A DNA stretch of 64,000 nucleotides, taken from the IMG/VR virus record IMGVR_UViG_3300011113_000287, positions 1-64,000 of that record; one strand, written 5' to 3'. Shown one piece after another: positions 36,049 through 44,983 of the stretch. The DNA comes from a virus. The notes beneath the pieces were generated by a model. The model was not told the origin of the DNA and did not search any database. It was given only the letters and a program-made list of their open reading frames with translations. How positions within the stretch are numbered: position 1 is the first letter of the stretch; each line of letters starts with the position of its first letter. The position numbers and the translations under genes are program-made.

Positions 36049-37122
36049 TCACACGGAGGACAGCACCTCGTTCCATTGTGCGATGCCGTGCTCCATGTCC
36101 CGTGTTCGTGCCAACTCGTACAGCCTCTCGCCTTCCTCTTTGCGTAGTTGTCGTGAGCCAACGAGTTCACGCAAATGGCGCAGCCATTCGTATGGACGAC
36201 GTGCGATGCGCCCAGCGTTCCACGTTTGCGACAGGCGCACGTACGAGTCGGATGCGGAGGCGACCCACGGGATACCGCTTGCGGAATACTCCAACAATTT
36301 GATTTCAGATTTTGCTTCGTTAAACGGCATTTGGCTCAGGGGTGCAATACCAACGTCCATAATCAATAATTTGGGATAGTCCTGCGGAGCACACATAGGA
36401 AGGGAGTCCACGTATTCTTTTGGCACTCCCGCTTCTTCGGAAAAGTGCGGAGATTTGTCGTGCCAGCCGCCGTGAAAGTAACGAACCTGTGTGGTCGTAT
36501 TTTGTGTGGTCGTCAGTTGATGAAGCACGCCACGCAGGATTTGTAAGTCCCCACTTCGGTGGGCAGTAGAACCAGACCAACCGACATGCACATGTTCCTT
36601 TTCTGTGTGGTCGTGTTTTACGAAGGCTTTGGTATCAACCGTATTAGGAAACAGGACGACGTTCTTGTTCCATTGACCAATGCGTTCATAAAGGAACGGA
36701 GTGGATGCCAATAGCAGGTCGCTGGCTGCGAGTATTGCTTTGTAATGGTTGATGTTTTCTTTGGGACTGTGCTTAGGGTGCGATGCTTTCCACGCTCCGT
36801 TGCTGGGGTTCAGCCCCCAATACCAATCGTCTACATCGTTGATAATGACTTGACCAATTGCCCGTGCCTTTTTGATGTGGTCAGCCAGTCCCTCATTCAT
36901 CATTCTCTGCATGATGATGGTGTCTACTTCGTGTAAGTTTCCCTCGTCGTCTTCTATTTTTAGTTCGGTGTAGTGCCATACCAATCGTCCAACCACGTAG
37001 TCGTAGTTCAGATGTGGTAAATACTTCGCCACACGTGCCCAACCAGAACCTCCCCAATGGGGAAGTTTGTCTGGAGTTACGGACGGATGGAGGCGGTCAG
37101 CGGAAACTACACCGACTCTCAT
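36049..37122 (-). CDS. GT-B glycosyltransferase
   Basis: DVDD, VGWSGS..H..DL, DVGIAPL...FN.AKS.IKLLEYSASGIP.VAS. Confidence 0.88.
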   Translation of the reverse strand: MRVGVVSADRLHPSVTPDKLPHWGGSGWARVAKYLPHLNYDYVVGRLVWHYTELKIEDDEGNLHEVDTIIMQRMMNEGLADHIKKARAIGQVIINDVDDWYWGLNPSNGAWKASHPKHSPKENINHYKAILAASDLLLASTPFLYERIGQWNKNVVLFPNTVDTKAFVKHDHTEKEHVHVGWSGSTAHRSGDLQILRGVLHQLTTTQNTTTQVRYFHGGWHDKSPHFSEEAGVPKEYVDSLPMCAPQDYPKLLIMDVGIAPLSQMPFNEAKSEIKLLEYSASGIPWVASASDSYVRLSQTWNAGRIARRPYEWLRHLRELVGSRQLRKEEGERLYELARTRDMEHGIAQWNEVLSSV

Positions 37123-37352
37123 TAATGTGTGGTCGTCTGTTCCTGTGTGGTCGTGTCTTGCAAAAGTGCTGGCTTCCACGTTGCCTTAAACGCACGCAAG
37201 GCGTTTCCATCCCAAAGCGGAGTAGCAGCGAGGATAACGACGGGTTGCGGGAAATCAGCACGCTTACGAAGGGTGTGAATGCGCTGTTTAACGACCCCAA
37301 GCACGGCTGCCGCTTCTGCTGTTCCGCAGAGGTCTTTTGTATCAATCAACAT
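37122..37352 (-). CDS. Small HTH DNA-binding protein (AlpA/excisionase-like)
   Basis: LCGTAEAAAVLGVVKQRI...FPQP...LW. Confidence 0.8.
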   Translation of the reverse strand: MLIDTKDLCGTAEAAAVLGVVKQRIHTLRKRADFPQPVVILAATPLWDGNALRAFKATWKPALLQDTTTQEQTTTH

Positions 37353-37398
37353 GTTTGTCTCCTGTTGTGTGGTCGTCTTTTGTAGACGGGTTATTATG

Positions 37399-37998
37399 TT
37401 ACATGCCCCAGTGCCCTAATCCACCGTTGTCCAGCAGATATTTGGCGACCCTGAGATTGCAGTCCAAATCATACAAGACTTCCATGTCCCCGAACGACGA
37501 ACCGCACGCATTGGCGGTAACGGTTTTCCACGAAGAGTTAACTTGTAACAACCCACGGTCAATAGAGCCGTCTTTGTTCAATGTCCAAGTGACGTTGCCC
37601 TGGCTGTCCCATCTGGCATTGACCGCCTTTGGGTTGCACCGTGATTCACGCCAAGCAATGTAGGAAAACGTCTTGACGGGCTTCAGACCGTATTGTCTGA
37701 ACAAATCCTCGTATTTTGGACAGGTTTCCGTTTCGTTTATTTCGTTTGTCTTTTTGGTTGTGTGGTCGGTTTTTTTAGGCATAGTTATGGTGGTTATGGG
37801 TAATTCAATAAGGCGTTGGTCGTAGGTGTATCCAGTGGGATACACCGTCTCCATTTCTACGACGTCTCCAATGTTTGCTGGCCCGTCTGATGTCCCAAAT
37901 TGTCCGATTGTCGTTGTTGTAATTGTTCCGATGAATATGACTATGGATGAAACCCAGTGTCGTAACAGAACGCACTCCTTTGTCGGTGGATAAAGCAA
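37399..37998 (-). CDS. Exported lytic transglycosylase (SLT-like)
   Basis: IAWRES.C, DRGLLQVN, NL..AKYL....G..HW; N-terminal hydrophobic segment; start uncertain. Confidence 0.85.
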   Translation of the reverse strand: MLYPPTKECVLLRHWVSSIVIFIGTITTTTIGQFGTSDGPANIGDVVEMETVYPTGYTYDQRLIELPITTITMPKKTDHTTKKTNEINETETCPKYEDLFRQYGLKPVKTFSYIAWRESRCNPKAVNARWDSQGNVTWTLNKDGSIDRGLLQVNSSWKTVTANACGSSFGDMEVLYDLDCNLRVAKYLLDNGGLGHWGM

Positions 37999-38062
37999 AA
38001 GACCGTAACAAATTGACGACGAGCGTCAGGTGGTTACGGTCTGCTATCCAGCATAGCAAAGA

Positions 38063-38461
38063 TTATTGCAGGAGTTGGTATAAAATCGTAAACAAATCAA
38101 AATTGGTGTCTTGCATACTTGGTACAACGCTTAAATCTTTACTTTGTTTTTTGATTGTTTCGTTTACATCAACACACTTTACGCAATGACAATTTTGTCT
38201 ATATCTTGTAACAGTGCCGTGCGGTTTCAACGCCGTCTTTTTAGGCTTCTTGCTAAATGCGCTTCTTTCTAACGGAGTGAGTCCTCCCCACATTCCCCAT
38301 TGTTCATTCAGCCCGTCCTTCAAACATTTCCTCCACACTGGGCACGCATGACATACTTCACGAGCAACAGCGTAATACTCGTCTTGATTATCCGCTTCTA
38401 ACGGCGGATACCACAAGTCAATGTGCTTGCCCTTGCACAGGGCTTCGTCTCTCCACGTCAT
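38063..38461 (-). CDS. whiB: WhiB-family factor with C-terminal HGT...CxCxxC module
   Basis: W...ALC, CHACPV...C, WGMWGG.T..ER. Confidence 0.9.
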   Translation of the reverse strand: MTWRDEALCKGKHIDLWYPPLEADNQDEYYAVAREVCHACPVWRKCLKDGLNEQWGMWGGLTPLERSAFSKKPKKTALKPHGTVTRYRQNCHCVKCVDVNETIKKQSKDLSVVPSMQDTNFDLFTILYQLLQ

Positions 38462-38817
38462 CAGTCATTTGCGTTTCGGAGAGTGCCCTCACGATAAAGT
38501 TTTACCACCTTTTGCGACGTCTCTTCTACAAAAATTACCAAGTCACGCATTTTCTGAGTTTGTACTTCTAATTCTGCTTCTGCTTTCTTTACTGTTTCTT
38601 CCAGTGTCCTGATGTAGTTGAACAATGCTTCCCATCCGTCATAGCGAAGTTCAGTCAAAGACAAATTTGTATGCTTTGAAATGTTATCCAAATTAACGGA
38701 ATCGTTCATCAACAACGGAGCAATACCACTGAGTGCTTTGCTCATACGTTCTACTTCTGATAGCAACACGCTTTTGGCAACGGAAGGGCGACCAAGACGG
38801 TCAAACAAGTGTTTCAT
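38461..38817 (-). CDS. Coiled-coil hypothetical protein
   Basis: Coupled ORF. Confidence 0.6.
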   Translation of the reverse strand: MKHLFDRLGRPSVAKSVLLSEVERMSKALSGIAPLLMNDSVNLDNISKHTNLSLTELRYDGWEALFNYIRTLEETVKKAEAELEVQTQKMRDLVIFVEETSQKVVKLYREGTLRNAND

Positions 38818-39148
38818 TATCGTCTGACTCGTCTATTGACACGACGGGAAAGTCACGTGTTACACAGTCCCAGCCGCAACCAATGTAGCCAGCAATATCT
38901 ACCCAATGGTCACGCTTGTCTGGAGTCCAAGACAAACGACTTACTTTTAACAACGCCATCATTACAGCAACGTCGTGCGGTTCAATGATGAATCCTTTTT
39001 TGCGCTCGGTAATGCGAGTCAAATACGACTGCCACAAATCAGCCGTCAATCCAAAATCGTCATGTGGGTCTCCGTAATCTTCGTTACGGTCTCCGACAAT
39101 CAGGCTTGCTGCATCAAGTAGTACTTGTTTGCGTTCGTTGGATGCCAT
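38801..39148 (-). CDS. DUF6378-like protein
   Basis: GDR..DYG.P, DVA.MM..LKVSR, D.WVDIAGY. Confidence 0.8.
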   Translation of the reverse strand: MASNERKQVLLDAASLIVGDRNEDYGDPHDDFGLTADLWQSYLTRITERKKGFIIEPHDVAVMMALLKVSRLSWTPDKRDHWVDIAGYIGCGWDCVTRDFPVVSIDESDDNETLV

Positions 39149-39732
39149 GGAATCTCCCTTTTGTTTACCTTGTCTACTAGCCTAGCGAAGTCTACCAGCG
39201 AATTGGCACGAAACGGCACGCTGTATTGACGGTTCCAGGGATGGTCGTGCAGCACGGAAAATACGCCAGCGTTATCCAACTGCATGTAGTACAAATAGTG
39301 GTCGTCAATCATTGCTGAATGTTCTTTGGCGACGTGGGCAAGGATTGTTTTATCGTGAGTAAAGTGTAAATGGTCGGGAATGAGGTCATGGTCGTGAAGC
39401 CACTCTGCGGTCTGTGCCCATGCCGTGGTGGGACGGGCAGTAATGACGTGCATTTTGACGCCCATAGACCTCAGTAGTTCCCATCCTGCACAAACCCCTT
39501 TCATGGGAGATTCTGAAGCAAAGAGTCGGTGGGTAACAGGGGCTGAATTGAGCATCACGTCAAACTCTCGTTTGTTGATTCCCCAATCCTCGTAAAAATC
39601 CCAATGGGTTGGTTCGGGAAAGTTTGTCTTTTCAAGTACGTCTTTGCAATACTTTTTAAAAGCGTTCATAAACGGGTACACCACGCCGTCCATGTCAATC
39701 CCGACGTCAGTGATTTTCTTTTGTTCGTACAT
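39100..39732 (-). CDS. 5'(3')-deoxyribonucleotidase (HAD)
   Basis: IDMDGV, ITAR, T.EWL, K, MIDD, PWN. Confidence 0.88.
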   Translation of the reverse strand: MYEQKKITDVGIDMDGVVYPFMNAFKKYCKDVLEKTNFPEPTHWDFYEDWGINKREFDVMLNSAPVTHRLFASESPMKGVCAGWELLRSMGVKMHVITARPTTAWAQTAEWLHDHDLIPDHLHFTHDKTILAHVAKEHSAMIDDHYLYYMQLDNAGVFSVLHDHPWNRQYSVPFRANSLVDFARLVDKVNKREIPWHPTNANKYYLMQQA

Positions 39733-39865
39733 TTTGTAACTCCATGTTTACGGCAGCGGTTGAGTGTACGTCTTTATTCGTACAAATGGGAGGGTATTTA
39801 TTGCTGAGTACTGATACGGTTTTTTTACATTTAGGGCATTTGTAAGTATACGGTAGGGCTTTCAT
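39707..39865 (-). CDS. Small Zn-binding protein (not in the ORF track)
   Basis: MKALPYTYKCPKC...PPIC....H; ATGA overlap. Confidence 0.5.
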   Translation of the reverse strand: MKALPYTYKCPKCKKTVSVLSNKYPPICTNKDVHSTAAVNMELQNVRTKENH

Positions 39866-41298
39866 TGCTCCTCTTCAATGTCTATCACTTCCTGATAAAA
39901 CGAGTCCGTTGCCGCTGGTCCTAGTCCACCATGTGGTAGGGCATTGGCTTGGTCGGCGGCTCGCTGTCCGAACAGTCTAGACAACACGCCGCTTGAACCA
40001 CGGGCTTCAACCTCAAAGCGTACAAGGTCACGGGTGTCGTTGATGCTCTTGAATTTCTCAATCATTTCAAAAGCCCTGTCCATTTCAGATGACAAAGAGG
40101 AATCAAGTCCTTGTCCCTCCATCTCTTCGGCAAAGCGGGCAAACATAACACGGCTCACTTGCATCTCAATCATGGCTCTAAGGGCTGCCTGTAGTTGGTC
40201 TCTAGTTCGTATCTCCACAGGCAGTTTAAACGCACATTCTGTATGTTCCTTAAATGCGGGACATTTTGAGGCCAGATAACAATTATCGCACTGCCGTAAA
40301 AGTGCTCCCGTGTAGCGAATTATGTTGGTTTGTTCAGGTGCAATTTCAATAGATTCCCCATGTTCATCAATGGTTTGAGAACCCATTGAGGTAATGGTTT
40401 CCACCCCCATGACGGGTAATAATAAACGCTCATTTTCGTTCCGCTTTTCGGGAGGGGGGATAACAATACCTGTACCCCTGTTTTCCACATTTGCTAAACT
40501 ACCACCATGGGGGGGTGTAATAATTATGTCACCACTTTCAGTGTCGTCGGAGTCGCCTTGATTGCTTGATGTCATGGTGTCATAGCCCCCAAAAATGTGT
40601 TCTTCGTAACGTTTCCACGATGTGATTGCCAACTTGCTGACCGCATCAACCTCGTCAGCCATGACGCTTTCAAACGGAATACCCAAGCGCTCAATGTCCG
40701 ACCTATGCCGTTTACGGGCAGAGTCTTTTTGTTGGGCGGGGTAACGTCGTAACCCATGTCCCGTCCAGACCTGCGTCTCTCCGTAACGCACAGCGCTTGT
40801 CCAGGAGTTGACCAATACGGCATCCCATTTGTAGTTTTCAATGTTGTCTGGTTTTGAGGTCAACCCGACCATTTCGGCGTTCCACCGCATGGCAATGGCA
40901 TTTAGCCTATTGTGATGGTGTTTAGTCAATGCCTTGTCACTGATGGCTACTCTGCCGTGCCTTTGGCAAATCCAATTAAGACGTTCAAGGTCGTCGGCGT
41001 CGTTCCAAATTGGTACGTACTTTTCGCCCAACCATGTTCCGTCGTAATCTGGGCGACCAATGACCAGAGTTAAATCATCAACATAAGACCGTAAAAAAGC
41101 ATCGTAACGAGACACGTCTTCGTCTGCCTCTGACGTGTAAATCAATAACTCACTATTTTCGTATTTCGTGCGTAGGTCTAATTGTTTCTTTTTTGGAATA
41201 GCCAAATGGGTCAAATTAAGACCAATACGACGTACTTCGGCTGATAACAGCATTGAGGCGTACATGCCTTTTTCTGCTCCGCCAAAGTAAATCTTCAC
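39862..41298 (-). CDS. Large protein: possible degenerate TGT-like barrel plus C-terminal Cys cluster
   Basis: KIYFGGAE start, NSW.SAVRYGETQVW, CDNCYL..KC......C. Confidence 0.6.
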   Translation of the reverse strand: MKIYFGGAEKGMYASMLLSAEVRRIGLNLTHLAIPKKKQLDLRTKYENSELLIYTSEADEDVSRYDAFLRSYVDDLTLVIGRPDYDGTWLGEKYVPIWNDADDLERLNWICQRHGRVAISDKALTKHHHNRLNAIAMRWNAEMVGLTSKPDNIENYKWDAVLVNSWTSAVRYGETQVWTGHGLRRYPAQQKDSARKRHRSDIERLGIPFESVMADEVDAVSKLAITSWKRYEEHIFGGYDTMTSSNQGDSDDTESGDIIITPPHGGSLANVENRGTGIVIPPPEKRNENERLLLPVMGVETITSMGSQTIDEHGESIEIAPEQTNIIRYTGALLRQCDNCYLASKCPAFKEHTECAFKLPVEIRTRDQLQAALRAMIEMQVSRVMFARFAEEMEGQGLDSSLSSEMDRAFEMIEKFKSINDTRDLVRFEVEARGSSGVLSRLFGQRAADQANALPHGGLGPAATDSFYQEVIDIEEEQ

Positions 41299-41522
41299 TC
41301 CCAGCCTGCTTTGCGCCACACGGCTTGCGATGAGAACGCTTCTACTTCCTTACGGTGTTCGTCGCTGTGGTAAAGGCGAAGGAGATGAATGCAGGGGTCC
41401 TGTCCTTCTTCGTACTGTTCGGCTTCTTCTTGGCTCATAGGCATGCCGTCGTGTGGGTCGCAGACAGGCGGTGAACACCAACCCATCTTGACTCCAATTT
41501 CAATCCATTCATCTTGTCTCAT
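41295..41522 (-). CDS. Small Cys/His protein
   Basis: GWCSPPVCDPHDG...DPCIH. Confidence 0.65.
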   Translation of the reverse strand: MRQDEWIEIGVKMGWCSPPVCDPHDGMPMSQEEAEQYEEGQDPCIHLLRLYHSDEHRKEVEAFSSQAVWRKAGWE

Positions 41523-41998
41523 GTTTCTCGCCACGTCCTTTCTGCGTTTTTGAGTGCTTGCGTTTCTATCTCTTTTGTGATTTCGTCCCATCCCACAATT
41601 GTACGTGGTTGGTCCCATTCTGGGCGTACTACATGAGGAACGGTTACCAAAAGGGTGGGAATGCCCTCTTTTATTACTTTGGCAACTGTTTTGGGGTCGG
41701 TGTCAACGTACCAGTCAATGCGGGTGTGTGCAGCGTGTATTGCCCTCACTCGGTCAAGCCTGTTGTCTGGGCCAGTCTCCCAGTGGAAGTCAATTGAACC
41801 TGGTTTGAATCCCTCTTTTTTCAACCACTGCATGACCAGTTCGTGATGATGCTTGTCAACACCGTCCACGAGTAGGCATATGCGTCCGTTGTACGTAGGG
41901 AACAACATGTTCCACAGTTTGCGCCCGTGGCTGTTCGGTTGACTAGAGCCAATCTCAGAAGACCTGTTGGCAATGACGTCAAAGGTAACGACAATCAC
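41519..41998 (-). CDS. HAD-fold-like protein (degenerate)
   Basis: WLKKEG, WYVDTDP, GIPTLLV. Confidence 0.55.
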   Translation of the reverse strand: MIVVTFDVIANRSSEIGSSQPNSHGRKLWNMLFPTYNGRICLLVDGVDKHHHELVMQWLKKEGFKPGSIDFHWETGPDNRLDRVRAIHAAHTRIDWYVDTDPKTVAKVIKEGIPTLLVTVPHVVRPEWDQPRTIVGWDEITKEIETQALKNAERTWRET

Positions 41999-42492
41999 TT
42001 GTCGTACAGTCCCAACATCTTGCGTTCTTTATGGGTGTACCAAGCGGCTGCTGGGCAGTACATACACAGGTACTGACGCTTGTCCTTGGGGACTCCGATT
42101 TTGCGACCAATGGTCTTGGATTCGTCGCACCAATCAATGCAGCCAGTGGTAGGACGGTTATGCCTGTTGAAGCAGTTGAGGGCATCCACTTTCAGTTCAT
42201 CACGGAAGTCCTTGATGATAATGTCGTGGTTCTTCAACTCATTCTTAATTGCCGTTTCAGCATCCAACTTGTCGGCGGTATCCTTGTCCGTGCGGAAGAT
42301 GAGAGCACGCCAATTGTCGTAATCCTGATTACGAGCCTTATGGCGTTCCAGCACGTCCAGCAATTCCATGTCGTATTCAGGAGGTCCGTCGTACGGGCGT
42401 AGTTTATAAATAACGCCATCGGTTTTTTTATTACCGACGACACGCCAACAAACGAGCAGACGATTAGGTTGGTCAGACATGTTGTTCTCCAA
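41995..42492 (-). CDS. Hypothetical protein with Cys/His motifs
   Basis: CFNRHNRP...C...YLCMYCP. Confidence 0.7.
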   Translation of the reverse strand: MENNMSDQPNRLLVCWRVVGNKKTDGVIYKLRPYDGPPEYDMELLDVLERHKARNQDYDNWRALIFRTDKDTADKLDAETAIKNELKNHDIIIKDFRDELKVDALNCFNRHNRPTTGCIDWCDESKTIGRKIGVPKDKRQYLCMYCPAAAWYTHKERKMLGLYDK

Positions 42493-42513
42493 ACGTGGTA
42501 TATCAGGTTACAG

Positions 42514-42783
42514 TTATTTTTTCATTCTTGGCTTCAGACTATTGTCTAACGCCAATCCTAGAAATTTACCGTCTTTAGGGTCTTCTACGTAGGTAAACGG
42601 GGAAGGTAAGCGCATGGCGCCAAATTGAGAGCCTTTGGCAACCCTCACCAATGACCCTGGTTCAATGTTTAGTTTGGACTTTTCCTTGTCCAATCCTTCG
42701 GGGCGCCATTCGTATACTGCTCCAACACGGGGTCTTTGTGGACGACGACGGCTGTTGTTTTGTTCGTTGTGTCCATGAGGCAT
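42514..42783 (-). CDS. Tag-B small protein (MPHGHNEQNNSRRRP)
   Basis: Leaderless TATAAT 6 nt upstream; SH3-like beta body. Confidence 0.7.
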   Translation of the reverse strand: MPHGHNEQNNSRRRPQRPRVGAVYEWRPEGLDKEKSKLNIEPGSLVRVAKGSQFGAMRLPSPFTYVEDPKDGKFLGLALDNSLKPRMKK

Positions 42784-42825
42784 GATTACATTATAGTGTA
42801 CACGACTCAAAGAAGTCTTAAAGTT

Positions 42826-43974
42826 TCACGAGTATTGCGGTTTTTCGTTTGGATACATTTCTACGGGCTTTCCACGTGTTACATATACTCGGTAATCTTG
42901 AGACGGTACTCCAAAGTGGCTATAGTCGTAATCATCGTCTTCTGGGACCTGCATAAACCTTGATGGCATGCCAAAGGCTTCTGCGGTATTATCGGTGTAT
43001 TCAAGTGGTTCAAATACTCCGTCGTCTAAGTCTGCTTGAAAAACGTCGTCTGCACGAGCGTTCAAAATACTACGCCGTTTCTTTGGATACTGCTGTTCAA
43101 GGCGTTTCTCTTCTTTCAGTGCACCACGTCTAGTCATAAATGGTCGGCTTTCATGCACCAATTCGCCCTCGTCGTACCACCAGCCTCCCTCTGCTGAGCC
43201 GCCGTAAGCATCATGCTCCTCGTAGACACCAACACGGTAAGGTGCAATTCGCTCTTTTAGTCTGTCAACTCGTGACAAATTCCTTGTTTTTCGTTTATGT
43301 AAAGCCTTCCCAACAGCAACAGAGTTTCTTGTGTATTCTCCTTGATACTCATTTCCGTCGTTGTAATAAACTTTTCCATCGCCTTTTACGTCTTTGTCCG
43401 ACGATGAGAAAACCTTACGTTCCTCAAGAGCCTTGTCAACAGAGCGCTTTCCCAGCAGGGCTGCAAGCGTGATGTGTCGGCTCGTTGCACGTGGATAGCC
43501 AAAGGACGGAATTTCTCCCGCAAGTACTTGTCTTTCTAATGCTTCAGCCCCTCTTTTAAGCCTTTGTGACTCTTGTAAGGAATCCACAACGTCAGGATGA
43601 CTGTTGTAAAAAGACGAACTTCGTTTTGATTTATTTATCCTTATTTGTTCTTGTCGTTCAAAGGTATCTGGATATTGATACATTCCTTTGTCTTCTATTT
43701 CTTTTAAAGTGTCAGCATTTGAGTGCAACGTCTCTATGCGTTTTAGCGTTTCATCTGTCCATCTTTTTTGACGGTTGAGAGACGTAACGTCCCTGTCTAC
43801 TGCTTCACTAAATCCAACTTTTTCGTATGAATCACCTTGTGCTTGCTGAAGGCGAAAAACCTGCTCTCCTGTTGCCGCCGACCCTGGTCGGATTAGTGCT
43901 CGTGCAATAGAGTCACGAAAACGTTGACCACGTGTCAATGGCTGTTCTGGTTCTTGGGTTCCCCAATCACTCAT
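42826..43974 (-). CDS. Hypothetical protein with C-terminal YGGxxEGGWWY domain
   Basis: AGGAG RBS before MSDWG. Confidence 0.7.
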   Translation of the reverse strand: MSDWGTQEPEQPLTRGQRFRDSIARALIRPGSAATGEQVFRLQQAQGDSYEKVGFSEAVDRDVTSLNRQKRWTDETLKRIETLHSNADTLKEIEDKGMYQYPDTFERQEQIRINKSKRSSSFYNSHPDVVDSLQESQRLKRGAEALERQVLAGEIPSFGYPRATSRHITLAALLGKRSVDKALEERKVFSSSDKDVKGDGKVYYNDGNEYQGEYTRNSVAVGKALHKRKTRNLSRVDRLKERIAPYRVGVYEEHDAYGGSAEGGWWYDEGELVHESRPFMTRRGALKEEKRLEQQYPKKRRSILNARADDVFQADLDDGVFEPLEYTDNTAEAFGMPSRFMQVPEDDDYDYSHFGVPSQDYRVYVTRGKPVEMYPNEKPQYS

Positions 43975-44317
43975 TAGATTCTCCTTCGCCAGAAAACTGG
44001 TCGCCAAGTTTGGGGATACCTGTTGCTTTACGCATACGAGCCTCCCATGTTATTCTTTGTAACAAACGTGCTCCAGGTGAATCGTAGGTTCCTGGACCTT
44101 GATACTCTCCCTCAAAGTCAGAAACGGGAACAGCAGCCGCTCGCATCATAGCACCATGCTGCTGCTCAGTGGTCATGCCATGTTCGGCAAGAATGTCGCC
44201 TTCAGCCTTTGCTTCTTGCTTTGCTATCAGCCCATCCATGTGTTTCTTGTTTCGTTTACGGCGAGTTTTTGCCGCTTGCGAACTTCGCTTTTCCATTTTA
44301 CTTTTCTTTTTAGCCAC
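43967..44317 (-). CDS. Basic hypothetical protein, C-terminal LGDQF
   Basis: GTG start AKKKSK. Confidence 0.6.
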   Translation of the reverse strand: MAKKKSKMEKRSSQAAKTRRKRNKKHMDGLIAKQEAKAEGDILAEHGMTTEQQHGAMMRAAAVPVSDFEGEYQGPGTYDSPGARLLQRITWEARMRKATGIPKLGDQFSGEGESNE

Positions 44318-44321
44318 GGTA

Positions 44322-44600
44322 TTAGCAATCCCAGGCTCGCAGAGACTTATTAATGCGGCTGTTAGGGTCACGTGCAGTTTTGGCTGACGTGTTCTTCTTC
44401 TTCATGCCTTCCATTCGGGCACAGAATGACTTGCGACGGGCAGCAGACTTCTCCGATTTGGCGGCTTCTTTTTTCTTCACAGGCGGCTTGAGGTCAGAGC
44501 CAGGGTTCTCACGTTCGTAGGACTTGCGTCCCTTTTCGTTGAGACCGCCCTTTTCGTTCTTGCCTTCTTTGCGCTGCCACGCTGCTGATTTCTTAGCCAT
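44322..44600 (-). CDS. DUF6321-like small basic protein
   Basis: WQRKEGKN..GGLN.KGR...RRKSFCARM...SRINKSLRAWDC. Confidence 0.8.
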   Translation of the reverse strand: MAKKSAAWQRKEGKNEKGGLNEKGRKSYERENPGSDLKPPVKKKEAAKSEKSAARRKSFCARMEGMKKKNTSAKTARDPNSRINKSLRAWDC

Positions 44601-44983
44601 TATCTTATGTTAATCCTTCCAACATGTTCTCTCTTTGTAAGTAACTTACCTTCGTTTGCCGTGGCCCCTACATTAAAATGGTCATCAATGTAACGTGCTG
44701 CTTGAATTGCTGATTTAAATGGAAAAGTTCTGTAACTATCCACTGTCTTTGGTTGTTCATCAAACTCAAGAGTTACATCATACCCAACAACGTGGAGGGG
44801 ACCAGCCGTATGTCGCCTTTTGCTGCCCATATTAGTTCTCATTTTCGGACGAACGTCTGGAGAAATTAACACATCTTTGTGGGTGTAATGAGGCCATGTG
44901 TCAAAACCCATTCCTGGAATAAGACGCATCTCACGTTTGGGTCTCCGACTTTCATTGTGGCGTTCGTCTTTTCCACGTGCCAT
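44600..44983 (-). CDS. Tag-B protein (MARGKDERHNESRRP)
   Basis: Coupled ORF. Confidence 0.7.
   Translation of the reverse strand: MARGKDERHNESRRPKREMRLIPGMGFDTWPHYTHKDVLISPDVRPKMRTNMGSKRRHTAGPLHVVGYDVTLEFDEQPKTVDSYRTFPFKSAIQAARYIDDHFNVGATANEGKLLTKREHVGRINIR

Larger units (their letters stand above)
22526..37768 (+). repeat. Dispersed same-orientation 9-mer GTGTGGTCG (CGACCACAC on the coding strand)
   Basis: Exact copies at 22556, 22570, 22979, 22991, 23492, 23889, 23905, 25535, 25549, 25643, 36489, 36504, 36605, 37127, 37145, 37367, 37760, plus one-mismatch copies. Confidence 0.85.
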
